A stretch of 63,992 bases of DNA, filler included, from Olpidium bornovanus S191 (taxonomy: Eukaryota; Fungi; Olpidiomycota), in assembly GCA_017911155.1 (NCBI GenBank). It is 32 parts of 32 records of this genome, joined end to end, with 100 filler letters (N's around TTAATTAATTAA, not from the genome) between each part and the next. Parts side by side here need not be neighbours in the genome. Positions count along the whole stretch, not along the records: positions 47,824 to 50,087 come from JAEFCI010001879.1; positions 50,188 to 52,549 come from JAEFCI010002118.1; positions 52,650 to 53,857 come from JAEFCI010009541.1; positions 53,958 to 56,007 come from JAEFCI010004401.1; positions 56,108 to 59,991 come from JAEFCI010003901.1; positions 60,092 to 62,375 come from JAEFCI010008694.1; 26 more parts are not named here. One strand, 5' to 3'. The translations under genes and the position numbers were made by a program. The notes beneath the pieces were generated by a model. That model was given only the letters and a program-made list of their open reading frames with translations, was not told the DNA's origin and did not search any database. This document shows positions 47,824 through 62,475 of this stretch, in pieces (position 1 is the stretch's first letter; each line of letters begins with the position of its first letter).

Positions 47824-47907
47824 GAAACGGCCCTCAACCTGAAGGTGCCGCTGGTCGTGAAGCGGAACATCGGCCCCAATTGGGGCAACTTGCGGCCGAT
47901 AGACTGA
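47824..47907 (+). CDS. C-terminus of a family-A DNA polymerase (Pol theta/Pol I-like)
   Basis: ETALNLKVPLVVKRNIGPNWGNLRPID* matches the PolA terminal motif E.A..L.VPL.V....G.NW. Only 27 codons are visible. Confidence 0.72.
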   Translation, partial: ETALNLKVPLVVKRNIGPNWGNLRPID

Positions 47908-48347
47908 AGTGGGTGTGCCCACCGTCGTCGACTACTCCCCCATGCCGTTTTGATAGGATCCTTTGCCGACCATCAAAGCGAATCCCAGTAGACAACAGTG
48001 TAGCCTCGAGTTGAAGATAGTAGGGTTTCTTTTCAGCTCGGCCACGTCGGGGACTTCTTCAAAGGTGATCTGGTTTCCACGTGGGGCCACGACACGACGT
48101 CTGCGATTCCGACGTGTGCTGCGTTCACAGAATGCTTCCAAAGGGGGCCGGGGGGGGGAGGGGGGGGGGGGGAAAAGGGGGGGGGTGGGGGGGGGTGCCG
48201 GGGGGGGGCGCGGGGGGGGGGGGGGGGGGGGGCCTTTGAAGGTTTCGTGACGCCGTGCAGGTGCGAGCTTCTCACGTGAGGTTGGTCGGACGCGTTCGGC
48301 GAGACGTCTGGGAAAGGGCCGGGGGGAGGGGGGGGGGGGGGGGGGAG

Positions 48348-48382
<35 letters not shown>

Positions 48383-48403
48383 AGAAGAGGTGCGGGTTCC
48401 CCG

Positions 48404-49960
48404 TCAGAACGTGTTGACAAACGGGGGGGGGTTGGCAAGGAGCAGGAATGGCAGCGAGCCAACCGACGGGTCGTCGCGACGCGCCTGCTCACCTTCGCCG
48501 GTGTTCCGCGCTCTGCCTGTCCGCCCGCTCCTGTGCAGGTAGTCCGCGGCGTTGTCCGGGAAATCCGCGTGGATGACGAGCGTGACGTTGGGGAAGTCGC
48601 CCCCGCGGGACATGTTGGCCGTGGCCACCATGACGCGCACGCACGGCTTTCCCTCCGGGCCCGGCTGCCCAGCGATGAAACGGGCCATCATCTGCGCCTT
48701 CGTCTCCAGAGAAAAGCTCGCCGACATGACCGCGCATTCCCACTCGCGGGGCGCGCCGCCGGCCTCGGAGACCGCCGCGGCCAGGGACTCCGTCAGGGCC
48801 GCGTGGAACTGCTCCGCGCGGTGCTTGGAGCTGGCGAAGACCAGGACCGTTTCGGACCGGCCGCCCGCCGCCGCCGGCGGCATGGCGACGCGCGAGAAAA
48901 CTTCGGACGCGATGCGCCGCCGCTTCACGTCGTCGATCCTCTCCATCTCCGGCCCGGAAAACTCGCCGGCGTTCGCGGACATCTCCCCGGCCAGCTGACC
49001 ACACACCGCCTCCCCGTCGACCAGCCTGATCGCGACGAAGTGTTCCTTCACGTTCTCCGACACCCGGTGCGCCCCGCGCGTCGAGACGAAGACGAGGTCC
49101 TCGTCGAACGTGCTCTTGAGCCACGAGTGCGCCGCGTACAACTTGGAGCGGAGGTCAGGCAGCGTCGCGCCGGTGAAGAGGAACTGCCGCTTCTGCAGCG
49201 CGGCGCCCCTGCCCGTCGGGTCCGTGCCGGAGCCGACGCGTTCCCCCGGCCGCACGCCGTCGAACTCCCCCGGCACGGCGGGGACCCCGCGCCCCATGAG
49301 GCGCGTGACGAGTCTCCGCCCCGCCGCTCGCGGCGTGTTGACGAGGACGTCCGCCTCGTCGAGCACGACGTACCGCGTCCGCGCGGTCAGGAGGGAAAGT
49401 TCGAAGAGCTCTCGGCCGGTCAGGTTTTTCCTCGGGTACAGCGAGTCCGGCGTCGCGATGAGCAGGTCGGGCGGCGGGGACGCCGGGGTCAGCAGGGCGA
49501 GCTCCTCGCGCGAAGACAAGACGCAGAACGGCCGCTCGTCCCTGCCCTCCTCCTTCGCCTGGGCGACGAACTGATTTGACACCGCGGCGGCGACGAGGAA
49601 CGCCTGCTGGGCCAGTTCGCGCGAGGGGACCAGAATCAAGCCCAGCGGCGACGGCGCGCGGGAATCTTCCGCCTGGTCGGCAACCAGGTCCCTCAGCCTC
49701 AGGATTCGGGAGAGGACAGGGAGCAGAAAAGCTGTCGGGGCACGAGCGGGAACGTCAATAAAAACCCTGGGGTTGGGGAGAATGGATCTTAACTGACACC
49801 CCCTCTTTTGCGGCATCCGACGGCTCACCTAACGTTTTTCCCGAGCCCGTCTCCGCCGTGCACACAACGTCGGCTCCTCTGCTGGCCAACGGGACCGTTT
49901 CCTGGGAAAGCGGCGTGGGGGTGGGGGGAAGGTGCCGCGCACGGGGGCAGCCGTAAGTAT
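48404..49960 (-). CDS. DEAD-box RNA helicase (DDX28/Mrh4-like)
   Basis: AETGSGKT, PSRELAQQ, IATP, VVLDEAD, TGATLP, SRGGDFPNV and YLHRSGRTGR. Confidence 0.9.
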
Positions 49961-50187
49961 TCACAACGCCCGAACAGCGGGCCTTGGGGCCAGAGAGTCG
50001 AGGGAAGCGCATGCAAAACCATTCCCCCCTCTCCCCCTCTCCCCCCCCCCCCCCCTTTCCCAAAACCAAAAAAAAAAAAAATCCTGCNNNNNNNNNNNNN
50101 NNNNNNNNNNNNNNNNNNNNNNNNNNNNNNNTTAATTAATTAANNNNNNNNNNNNNNNNNNNNNNNNNNNNNNNNNNNNNNNNNNNN

Positions 50188-51119
50188 CATGACAACCAGT
50201 AGGAGTTCCGCATTTTCCTGCCCTTCCTTCTGTTCCGTTCCGCGTCCTTCTGCTTTCTTCCCTTTAGCTTTTCCACCCTTCTTTCCTCCAGCGCCCTTCT
50301 TCTCCTTCTGCCGGCAGTCGCGCTTGAAGTGACCGATCTTGCCGTACTTGAAATACCTGGCCTTTGAGGCATCACGTTGTCTCTTGGCCTTTTCGGTAGC
50401 CGCCAGTGCCTTCACCTTGGTCAAAGGTTCTGACCGAGGAAGGAGAGGTCCATCGCCGTATTCCCGTCGTAGCCGTCCGACGAGATATTGGACCATGAAG
50501 AGTTCCGGCATAGATTCCCGAAGCGTGTTTATCGAGGTGATGAAGCTTGCGTACTTGGTCGGTAGCCCGCGCAAGAAGGTCCTAGTCATGTCGCTACTGT
50601 CCTTCGTCTTACCGGTGATGAACTGGTACTCCGTGGCGTTCTTGATCACTTTGCGGCATAAGTGATCGCCGTCTCCGCCCCTTCCAACCTCAGCGAAATC
50701 CACCTAGTCTCCGCCGCATCCTTCTCAGCTTCGTTGCTGCTCCCAAAAGTTTCCTTCAGCAGTGCCCATGCCTCGCATGCAAGCTGGATCCCGACGACGT
50801 AGTAGGCAAACTCCTCGCCCAGCCCTTGGATGATAATCGCGAGCGCCCTTTCATTCCGCTCTGATGCCGAGTACTTGGCGGAGGCGACCCCAGCGATCTT
50901 CATGTCCCGCAACAGCCGCCACCGAGCCTCCAGCCGCTGCCATCATTGCTGCTGGTCCCTCGCCGTCCGGGTCCGCCTCGTCCATCGTGACTGGCGCGTC
51001 CGGGTCCACAGCACTCCAGACCCAGGCTCCCTTGAGGATGGCTTCCATCTGAAAGGCCCATGACATGTAGTTGCTCCCGTCGAAACGAGGTACCCTCGCC
51101 TGTGCGTTGGAGAGCTCAT
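50188..51119 (-). mobile_element. Ty1/copia gag (UBN2 type), frameshifted, 3' truncated by the contig end
   Basis: PRFDGSNYMSWAFQMEAIL, ERALAIIIQGL...EAWALLKETF, FLRGLPTKYASF and degenerate knuckle YFKYGKIGHFKRDC; at least two frameshifts. Confidence 0.9.
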
Positions 51120-51123
51120 AACC
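51114..51123 (-). promoter_or_regulatory. Primer-binding site GGTTATGAGC (internal tRNA-iMet, Ty5/copia type)
   Basis: Lies 1 nt inside the LTR end (..TTCAACA-C-GGTTATGAGC) and matches the Ty5/Drosophila copia half-tRNA PBS form. Confidence 0.75.
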
Positions 51124-51124
51124 G

Positions 51125-51758
51125 TGTTGAAATATTAATGGACAGGGTAGAGCTCTATGCCGTTAGGCAACGCCGAGTTCTGTCCAACGCACACACCTTG
51201 CTTACTTGTGTCAACACGTAACACCAAGGTTACAGATTCTTTCTGTCAGGCCCAAGGCCGAACCCGGAAGACAATCTCGGACGAAGTACCTCGAAAGGTA
51301 GTAATAGGTCACTCTATTTCATCCCGCCAATATTGGCCAGGTAATAATATCTACGGACAGTATATGCACCAGAAGGCGCGTCTACCTTACGTAGGAGAGG
51401 ACGGAAGAGGGGTGTAGAAAAAAGTTCCAAGGCGAGGAAGTTCCGCTTTTTATACCTGAGCCCCGGCCACCTTGTCGGACATCCGCTGGGCGTTATGGCG
51501 AGGGGGCACTTTATTTTGGTTTTCTCCGTTGTTCTCCCGGCTTCTTCTCGCCACGTTGTGCCCTTCCTTCTTTGGTTACCTGGTAGCCCTTCCGTGTGTT
51601 CCTCAAGGGTATCCAGACAACCTCCCGAGGGGTGCGCGCCCCCTGCCTGCTTTCGGCCAGGGGGTTGTTATGGTTTCCGGCGGTGTTACCTGGTGGCCAC
51701 AAAATGCCACTTGGTGCCGCTTCCGCGCACGCACTCACGGTAAGGCCCAAATTCAACA
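51125..51758 (-). mobile_element. 5' LTR of the copia element (634 bp)
   Basis: Bounded by inverted TGTTGAA...TTCAACA termini and directly adjacent to the PBS and gag. The second LTR is off-contig, so the far boundary is unconfirmed. Confidence 0.7.
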
Positions 51759-52399
51759 TCAATGTCGGTTAAAAGTGCAGCCGTGGTAACAGCACCGACG
51801 CGGGCAACGATCGACGCGCGCCACTCAGCGAGGCCAGCCAGCTTCTGCTGTCGAAGAAGACCATCAACGGCGGGGTCGGACGTCGGGTTTTGGCGGCTCG
51901 CCTCGAGTCCAACGCGGGCGGACGAAGCGGCGGGCGTGGCGGGCGTGGCGGCGGGAGTGGCGTCGGGTGCGGCCTGTTCGGGGATGAACAGGGGGCCGCG
52001 AAGCGGCGGTAGGTCCATCCGTGCGTCGAGGGACGGCGATGGCGGGATGGGGACAGCGGCGGGGTCGACGGGCGCGGATGACGACGCGGCGACAGGCCCG
52101 GGTGATGACGCGGTCGAACGAAGAGCGGAGTTCGACGGGTTTGACGGCGGCGGGGGAGCGGTGCAGGTCGCCGTGACGTGGGGCGACAGCGGCAGCAGCA
52201 TCTCGCCTTAACGAAGTCGACGACGCGGCGAGGGCATTGTCAGCGGCTGTCGACGATGGGAAGAGCAATGGAGTGAACAAAGACGAAAATGCGGTGAGCA
52301 AAAACAAGCTCAGTGAGCAAAAATAAGCTCAAAAAAATAAACGCGAGCTCAAAAACAAACGCGGCGGCGGGCACCGTGACATGGGAACCACTCACGAAC

Positions 52400-52549
52400 C
52401 TCTCCTGCCAACGCCTTCTGACGCAGTATATCCAACGTCCTCGAATCCCAGTTCCCTTCTCCGACATTTCACCTTCAAACGCGTTCATTACGCTCGTCAA
52501 TCCGCCAGACGATCCTACCACTATTGACGCAGCTTTATCATCGCCTCAA
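52400..52549 (+). mobile_element. Possible copia integrase-RT linker fragment
   Basis: AFITLVNPPDDPTTIDAALSSPQ at the contig end resembles the EP.T..EAL.S motif preceding copia RT. Confidence 0.4.
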
Positions 52550-54012
52550 NNNNNNNNNNNNNNNNNNNNNNNNNNNNNNNNNNNNNNNNNNNNTTAATTA
52601 ATTAANNNNNNNNNNNNNNNNNNNNNNNNNNNNNNNNNNNNNNNNNNNNCGGCCCCCCCCCCCCCCCGGCAACACGCGCCCTGCCGCGCACCCTTTCCCC
52701 ACCCCCCCCCCCCCCCCACACCCCGCCCACATCTTCCCTTCCTTCTCTCCCCCCATCCTCCTCCTCCAGCGGCCGCTCAACTCTTCCCCAGGACAAAAAA
52801 CGCGGGTTCACTCGCGCGCGTGTTTATGCGGCCGCCGGACAAAAATTCGGCTCAACAAAATTCACATTTGAGCCGTGCGCAAAATGCGCGGCGGGAAAAG
52901 GGAGAAGGAGAGGGTGGGAGATAAAAAAGCTGCTTTAAGCCGAAGACGTGTCGGGAGAAGTTACAAATAAAATGTTTCTACGAACGATCGTGCCGAGCAA
53001 GGGGAAACCCGGATCGGCGTACAATAACCGGCGCAACGGAGCCGGTGAGGGGGGGTGGGGGGCCGGGGTGTGGGCGGGGTGGCGAGACCGTTCGGCCAGA
53101 CCGTTTACACCGCCGCCATCGCCGCCACTACCAACCCCCCCCACCCCCTTTCGGCTCGTTGATGTCGTTTTGGCGCCTTGGCTCCGAGCAACTCGTTGCT
53201 TCTTCGCCTTTCCCGCGACGCTCACCGCCTCCTCTTTAACCCCCCCCCCCCTTTTCTCTCCCTCTTCCTCCACCGGGCGCCTCATACAAGCCGATTCGTC
53301 GGTGGGAGAGAAAGAGCTGAAAGGAGAAAAAAGGGGGGGAAAGGGAGAAGGAGTCGGGTTGGGGGGAAGCCGCGCTCGCGGTTTTCTCTCTGCCGCGCAC
53401 CGTCGTCAGTGGGAGTTCTTCTGTCCGGACGTGCCGCTCGCCACCCTCGCCGATAACTCCACGGCCTCCACTCCGAGCCTGCCCAACAAGGACAGGAAGG
53501 CGTCGCCCATGATCCCGCTGCCGGCCGCCTTGGCCGGCGCGGACGCGACCGCGGCCCCCGTTGCGCCCGAGGCGGACCTGGTGAGGGCGGGGAGCGCGCC
53601 GACGAGATTGCGCTTGCGGTGCGCCGCCGCCGCCAAGAAGGGCACCTGGCGCCGCGGGCGCGGGCCCCAGGTGGAGGAGGGCCCGCCGCCGCCGCCGCCG
53701 CCGCCGCCGCTGCCGTCGTCGTCCGCGTCCTCCCCGCCGGCGGTCCGCGAGGGGCGGGGAAGGGGGAGCGGCGAAGGGGCGGAAGCGGCGGCGAAGAAGG
53801 GCAGCTGATAGGAGGCGGACGGCGGCGGAGGGGAAGACGGCGAGGCGACGACGGGAANNNNNNNNNNNNNNNNNNNNNNNNNNNNNNNNNNNNNNNNNNN
53901 NTTAATTAATTAANNNNNNNNNNNNNNNNNNNNNNNNNNNNNNNNNNNNNNNNNNNNCCGGGGGGAGAAAAAAAGGGGGGTGTTTGTTTACTTTTGGCAC
54001 AAAACAGAATCC

Positions 54013-54048
<36 letters not shown>

Positions 54049-55079
54049 CCCCCCCCCCCCCCCCCCCAGCCACCCCCCCCCCCGCCCCCCGCCCGCCCGT
54101 CCGAGCGGGATATAAAAAGGGCGTTGGCCCCGCCGACCCCCGTCCCCCGCGGCTCCCTGCCCCGAACCTCCCCCCTCCTCTCTCCTCCGTCGCTTCATGC
54201 TCCCGTCCCGACGAGACGGCGCCGGTTTGCCAAACCCGCGAGGATGCGCGAACAGCGAGGTACGCGGCGAAGCGCCTGAGAGGGCGGTCCCGTTTGTCTC
54301 CCCGCCGTCGCTGATGAACAAAACGACATTAAAGCTCAACAGTCCGAACGACGAAGGGGCGCTCCTGTTCCCTTCCCATGTGGACAACTTTCTTCACTTC
54401 CTGAGACGGTTTCCCTGCTTCTTTTTCTTTTCTTTTCTTTCCCCCCTATATGTCTCTTTGTCCAGCAACCTTTGTACTGACGCTCCGAATGCCAAATTTT
54501 CTTTGGATCAGTCGAGGTTCTTCCTGCCGTATACTTAACGTAGTTTTGGCTGCGGCGTGCTCTATGTGCGGCACGTTCCAACGTCGCTCTCAGGGCCCGA
54601 CACCAGGGACGGGTTTCTTGTCTGCGGCACTTTACAACCCTGCGCAAAGATGAGGCGGCCTTGATCCAGGGTTTCGTGAAGCCACCGGGGTGTCTTTGTT
54701 CCACGGATTTGGGCGCCAGTCGTGAAAAGTCCATCTTACGAGACTTTCCCTGGTGGATGAAACGCTTTCGCAACGTGAGCATCACAGTTACGCACGTGTG
54801 GTAAGAAGGGGCGGACGATTTCGTGCACCCTAGCGTATCTCTATTACCATATTGGAATGCACTGACGTCAAACAGCCGGTTTCCCGCGGTAGTTTATGCT
54901 TATTTATGCCTAGTTCTACACGAGGACGAGTCGGGACCTTTTGTTCGCTTCTTTACTCAAAATATTGGCGTTGGAAGTGCAACGTTCTGAGTGCTACATC
55001 GATTTATTTCTTTTGCGCCGCCGTGGCGGCAAACCACTCCTGTATTGTGGCAGCCCCCCGTGTCGGCGAGTGTCATGTC

Positions 55080-55660
55080 GAGCCGATTTCAGGCATTGGG
55101 CTAGTAACGGTCACGACGACCGGTCTCGTCTCGCAGTCGCATTTCCCGTCGCCGGAACCATCCTCTCCGCCCGCACCCGCTTTCTGGCTGTGATGAACCT
55201 GCTCATTCTGACACCTCTTGTGTCATCGGCGGAGGCATGGACGCTCTCGGATATCGCCTTACGGTGGTTTCCGTGAGCATGTTCATCCTCCGTTCGAAAT
55301 GTACGGAACACACCCATTCTGAGCCTAGAGCAGGGCGGAAGTGAGGAAGGAACGCAGCACAAGTAAGCGTGTGCTGTGGCAGTCGACGTGTTTTACGCGA
55401 AAGCGCGTAAGGCATCCACACTATCATTATACCCTACATGAAACTTATTGTCCATCAGGGCTTTTACGGAGCATCGTGAAATCCCTTATGGGTTTCGAGT
55501 TTGTGCATTTATTTTGCCAGTACTAGGATTCATAATCAATGCAATACTATCTACGATCATGTGGACTTTTTGTGGGGGATTTTTACTATGGATTGCGATA
55601 GACGCCGGCACAAGTACTGCCGTTAAAGATGACGTGGGTAAACGAATGCCACATTCTCCT
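55080..55660 (+). CDS. Hypothetical multi-pass membrane protein, exons only partly resolved
   Basis: Hydrophobic exons AVAFPVAGTILS...LAVMNLLILTPLV and VCAFILPVLGFIINAILSTIMWTFCGGFLLWIAID, each ending at a GT. Confidence 0.35.
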
Positions 55661-56126
55661 TCCCGGCAGCACGATCGTGGAAGGATGCCGAATAGGAAAG
55701 TGCAGGACTGTATCTTGTTTTCGTGTATTACAAAAGATTTGTCAAGGGGAATGACCGCGGTGCTGCCGTGGGAGACGCCCGAGACGACGTTGGTGGCAAA
55801 TTACCTGGCGAGCTGTGCTCCGACGGTGCTGATGGTGATACCTCATCTCAATCCAACACAGGATGTAGATGGAAATGATCCTTTCATTGATGCGGAGGAG
55901 AAGACCGAATTCCCGGATACAGCACCTTCAAAACGTGTCTACCCAAGAACGCCCGTAACGACTGAGAGGGAGGAAGCTTCCCTTCCTCGAAGGTCAGAAA
56001 GGTTGAANNNNNNNNNNNNNNNNNNNNNNNNNNNNNNNNNNNNNNNNNNNNTTAATTAATTAANNNNNNNNNNNNNNNNNNNNNNNNNNNNNNNNNNNNN
56101 NNNNNNNAATTTTGCGGCGCTTTTTT

Positions 56127-56173
<47 letters not shown>

Positions 56174-56190
56174 CTTTGCTGGACACGTAC

Positions 56191-59282
<3,092 letters not shown>

Positions 59283-59907
59283 CTTCTTCTGCTCCTCCTC
59301 CTCCTCCTCCTCCTCCTCCTCCTCCGCGCGCGCCTGGGAAGGAGGCGGACAGCTGCTGCGAGGAGGAGAACAAGCGGCGGATCCGGACCGCGCCTCCCCA
59401 ATGGGGCGGGGAGGGCAAAACGATAGGTAGGCTTTCGCGGCTGGCGGCTCTGCCACGCGGGTTCGGAAGTCGCGGCGCGAGTGAGAAGGATCGTCTCGTC
59501 TCGTGTATCTCTCCTTCTCTGTCTTCCTCTCTCACTATCTTGTCTCCTCCCCGCCTCCCCCTCTCTTCCTGACGCACACGCTCTCCCCTCCCCGCACCCC
59601 CTTTCGCGCGCGCGAGCGAGCGGGCGGTCTTCGCTCCGAAAACAGGCCTCCCGCGCGGAGCAGACGCCGCCGGCGGGGGAGCGGGTCACAGGGGGGACGG
59701 GCGCGCCGGTGGTGGTCCCGGTCGTCGGGCGTGGCCGGGTGGGGCGGCGCGTCGTGCGCGGGGCGATGAGGAGGCGGAGCGGCTGAATCGGGGGGGGGGG
59801 TTTTTTTTTTTTTTTTTTCTCTCTCTTTTTTTCGTTTCTTTTTTTTTTTTCTCTCTCTCTTTTTCGTTTCTTTTTTTTTTTTTTCTGATTCCCGGGGCGC
59901 AAGTAAG

Positions 59908-59973
<66 letters not shown>

Positions 59974-60300
59974 GCCCCCCCCCCCCCCCCCNNNNNNNNN
60001 NNNNNNNNNNNNNNNNNNNNNNNNNNNNNNNNNNNTTAATTAATTAANNNNNNNNNNNNNNNNNNNNNNNNNNNNNNNNNNNNNNNNNNNNACTGGAATA
60101 ATGAGATTGGAGCCAGTTCTACTACTTGGCAATCCGAAAGCTATATACGGGATCGGAGGCTTGGGCACACCGAGGAATGTGTGCGGGAACAGATTCGATG
60201 GCGTTATCCATGCCGAAGTGAAAGGAGGTAACGAAAGGACAGGTCAATCGTACTAGACGTCGACAACCGGGGCCTCGTACGATTCGGCCCGCTCAGTAAC

Positions 60301-62321
60301 CTAGCGCGTCGGCGGACGCGCAACCGGCCGACAACACCGTGGCTGCCGAAGGTCCCCTTGGTATCTGTCTGGCGCCGACGGGAAGCCATGCAGAGGAGCG
60401 TAAGAAGGCATTGGGACTCCATGTCGAGGCAAGTTTGCCGAAAAGCCACTGCGGTAGGCGGGAAGAGGTAACGTGTGGTTGAACGATGTCGGGCTGCACG
60501 CGGGCGCGAAACCCTTGCGGCGCGGTGAGCCGCGGTCGAGCGAGGACTGGTACTTGGCGAGCACGTCGAGGACCATCGGCGGGTTCAGGTCTAACTCACC
60601 GCCGCCGGTCGCGGCCGGTAGCGCGGGAAGCTCCGAAGCTTCCAAAACATCCTGGAGTTCCGAAGCGCTCGAAGACGTGGTTGATCGAGCGCAGGAACTC
60701 GAGCGCGACAAACTGCGGAATGATTTCCCGACCGGCGACCTCGTCGGCGTCTGAAACTTCCGCGCGAACGCGGAATTCAGCGAATGGTTCAGATCGGGCG
60801 CATGGCTCGGAGAATTGTAGTCACTGTAGGATTTCCGCTTTGGAGTGGTCTGACGCCGCAGTCTCTGCGCACCAGGTAGTGTAGCTTGGAATCTTTCCAC
60901 GTACTCCGGGTCAAGGGGCGGGTTCAGCTCACGCATTGTTTCAGGCGTTGAATTCTCATGTTGTTTAAGAACAGACATTTTCACATCTACATATTTTGAT
61001 TTAGTCCAACAGAAGAATTGAGTTCAAATACGGCCAGTGAGAACGAGCTTACCGTTTCCGTCAAATGTCTTCTCCGAAAGAAACTCGCTTCCAGAGAGTG
61101 TCATTTCCGAACCTCCCGCCGTCACTTCTGCCAGACATGTCGGCCCACTGGGACTTGTTTTGTCCGTTTGGACGCTCGCTGAGATTTAGAGGTAGCCATG
61201 CAGGCACAGTTAGCTAATTGCTTTAAATAGGAAAAACTTATAATGTATCACGAAACAAAGGAAATCGTACCTTTGGACACCGGCGTAGGCTCAGCGGGGA
61301 GCCGTCTTGAGGTTTCCAGGTGCGTCTGCACGATTGTCTTTGCCTCCGATTTCGCACTGTACACAGTGTCAGTGGAAACTGCAACATCCGTTGCAGCCTT
61401 TGGCGGCCGAGTCCCCAGACCCGCCGGGTCCCGCACTTCAGTTTCTGCCTCCGTTTCCAAGCGCCCCACCGTGTCAATTGGAGCAGTCGCAACGGACACC
61501 AGGTACGTCGCTTTGCTTGCGACGGCCGACGGATGTACAGCTGTAACGTTCTCCTCCATTTCTTCGCTACCAACTCCAGGTTCGTCGCAATCGACCCGAG
61601 GGCCTTTTGCGGCCACAGCTTCGAGGTCCGCCAGCTCAGCCTGCTCGCCAGTGGATCCAAGTTGTGGGGTAGCAGCATCGGTGGCAGACACCTCGGTAAC
61701 CTCCGCAGAGATCGGCTCATCTACGAGATTTCCCGTCCTTTGGGCGCTTTCCGAAAATCGTCCGCCTTCGCCGCCGGCGACATCGGTAGCAGCTGGTCCC
61801 ACACCTTCGGGGTTCGACGGTACAGGCTGCTCACCAGCGGACACACCTCCGAAGTGCCTATCTCTTGCGTCCGACTCCGCAACTTTTTTCACAGATAACA
61901 CGGTATTTCCATGGGCCGGTTGCTCCTCGGATTGCGCAATGACGGGGGAATGTGCAGCTTCCTGTGACAGGTTGGACCCTCCAGACGTTAATGCCCTTCC
62001 GCGTCCAAAACCGAGTGGAGCATCAGCAATTGACGAGCGCCTGGCACCGGATGACATTCTTGATTGTCGCGCGAAAAACGGCCCAGCCGTTTCCAACTGT
62101 GGGCTGCGCACCATTTCCTTTCCGTTCATCGGCGCTGCAGAGCGCGACGGCAAAAAGTGAACAAGCAGAATAAATCGCATAACGCACCAGGCTGGCCATT
62201 TACGGCTCACCGTTTTGCTCGACAGCACCAAGTAGAAGGTCTGACAAGTCAATCTCCAGCTCGCTCTCCGGTCCCCAGACCGTTTGCGCCTCCGCCTTGA
62301 GAATGTATTGGTTCTTGCCAC
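60301..62321 (-). CDS. Hypothetical low-complexity S/T/A/E-rich protein, probably multi-exon
   Basis: Two long same-strand ORFs (61248-62321 and 60301-60984) separated by intron-like sequence; no domain recognised. Confidence 0.45.
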
Positions 62322-62475
62322 AGGGTTTGAATTCGCTAACGTCCGTCGCGCTGGCTTCGCAGCTGCGTTGCCATGNNNNNNNNNNNNNNNNNNNNNNNNN
62401 NNNNNNNNNNNNNNNNNNNTTAATTAATTAANNNNNNNNNNNNNNNNNNNNNNNNNNNNNNNNNNNNNNNNNNNN

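Noticed and set aside
48533-49579. 348-aa + strand ORF, and similar overlapping ORFs over SEC62, CLA4 and ACC1
   Set aside because: Antisense to well-supported genes; expected with high GC3.
52650-53857. ORF 52948-53808 (+) versus 53406-53645 (-) as a gene
   Set aside because: Both strands give plausible but unrecognisable peptides, so I could not choose a strand or family.
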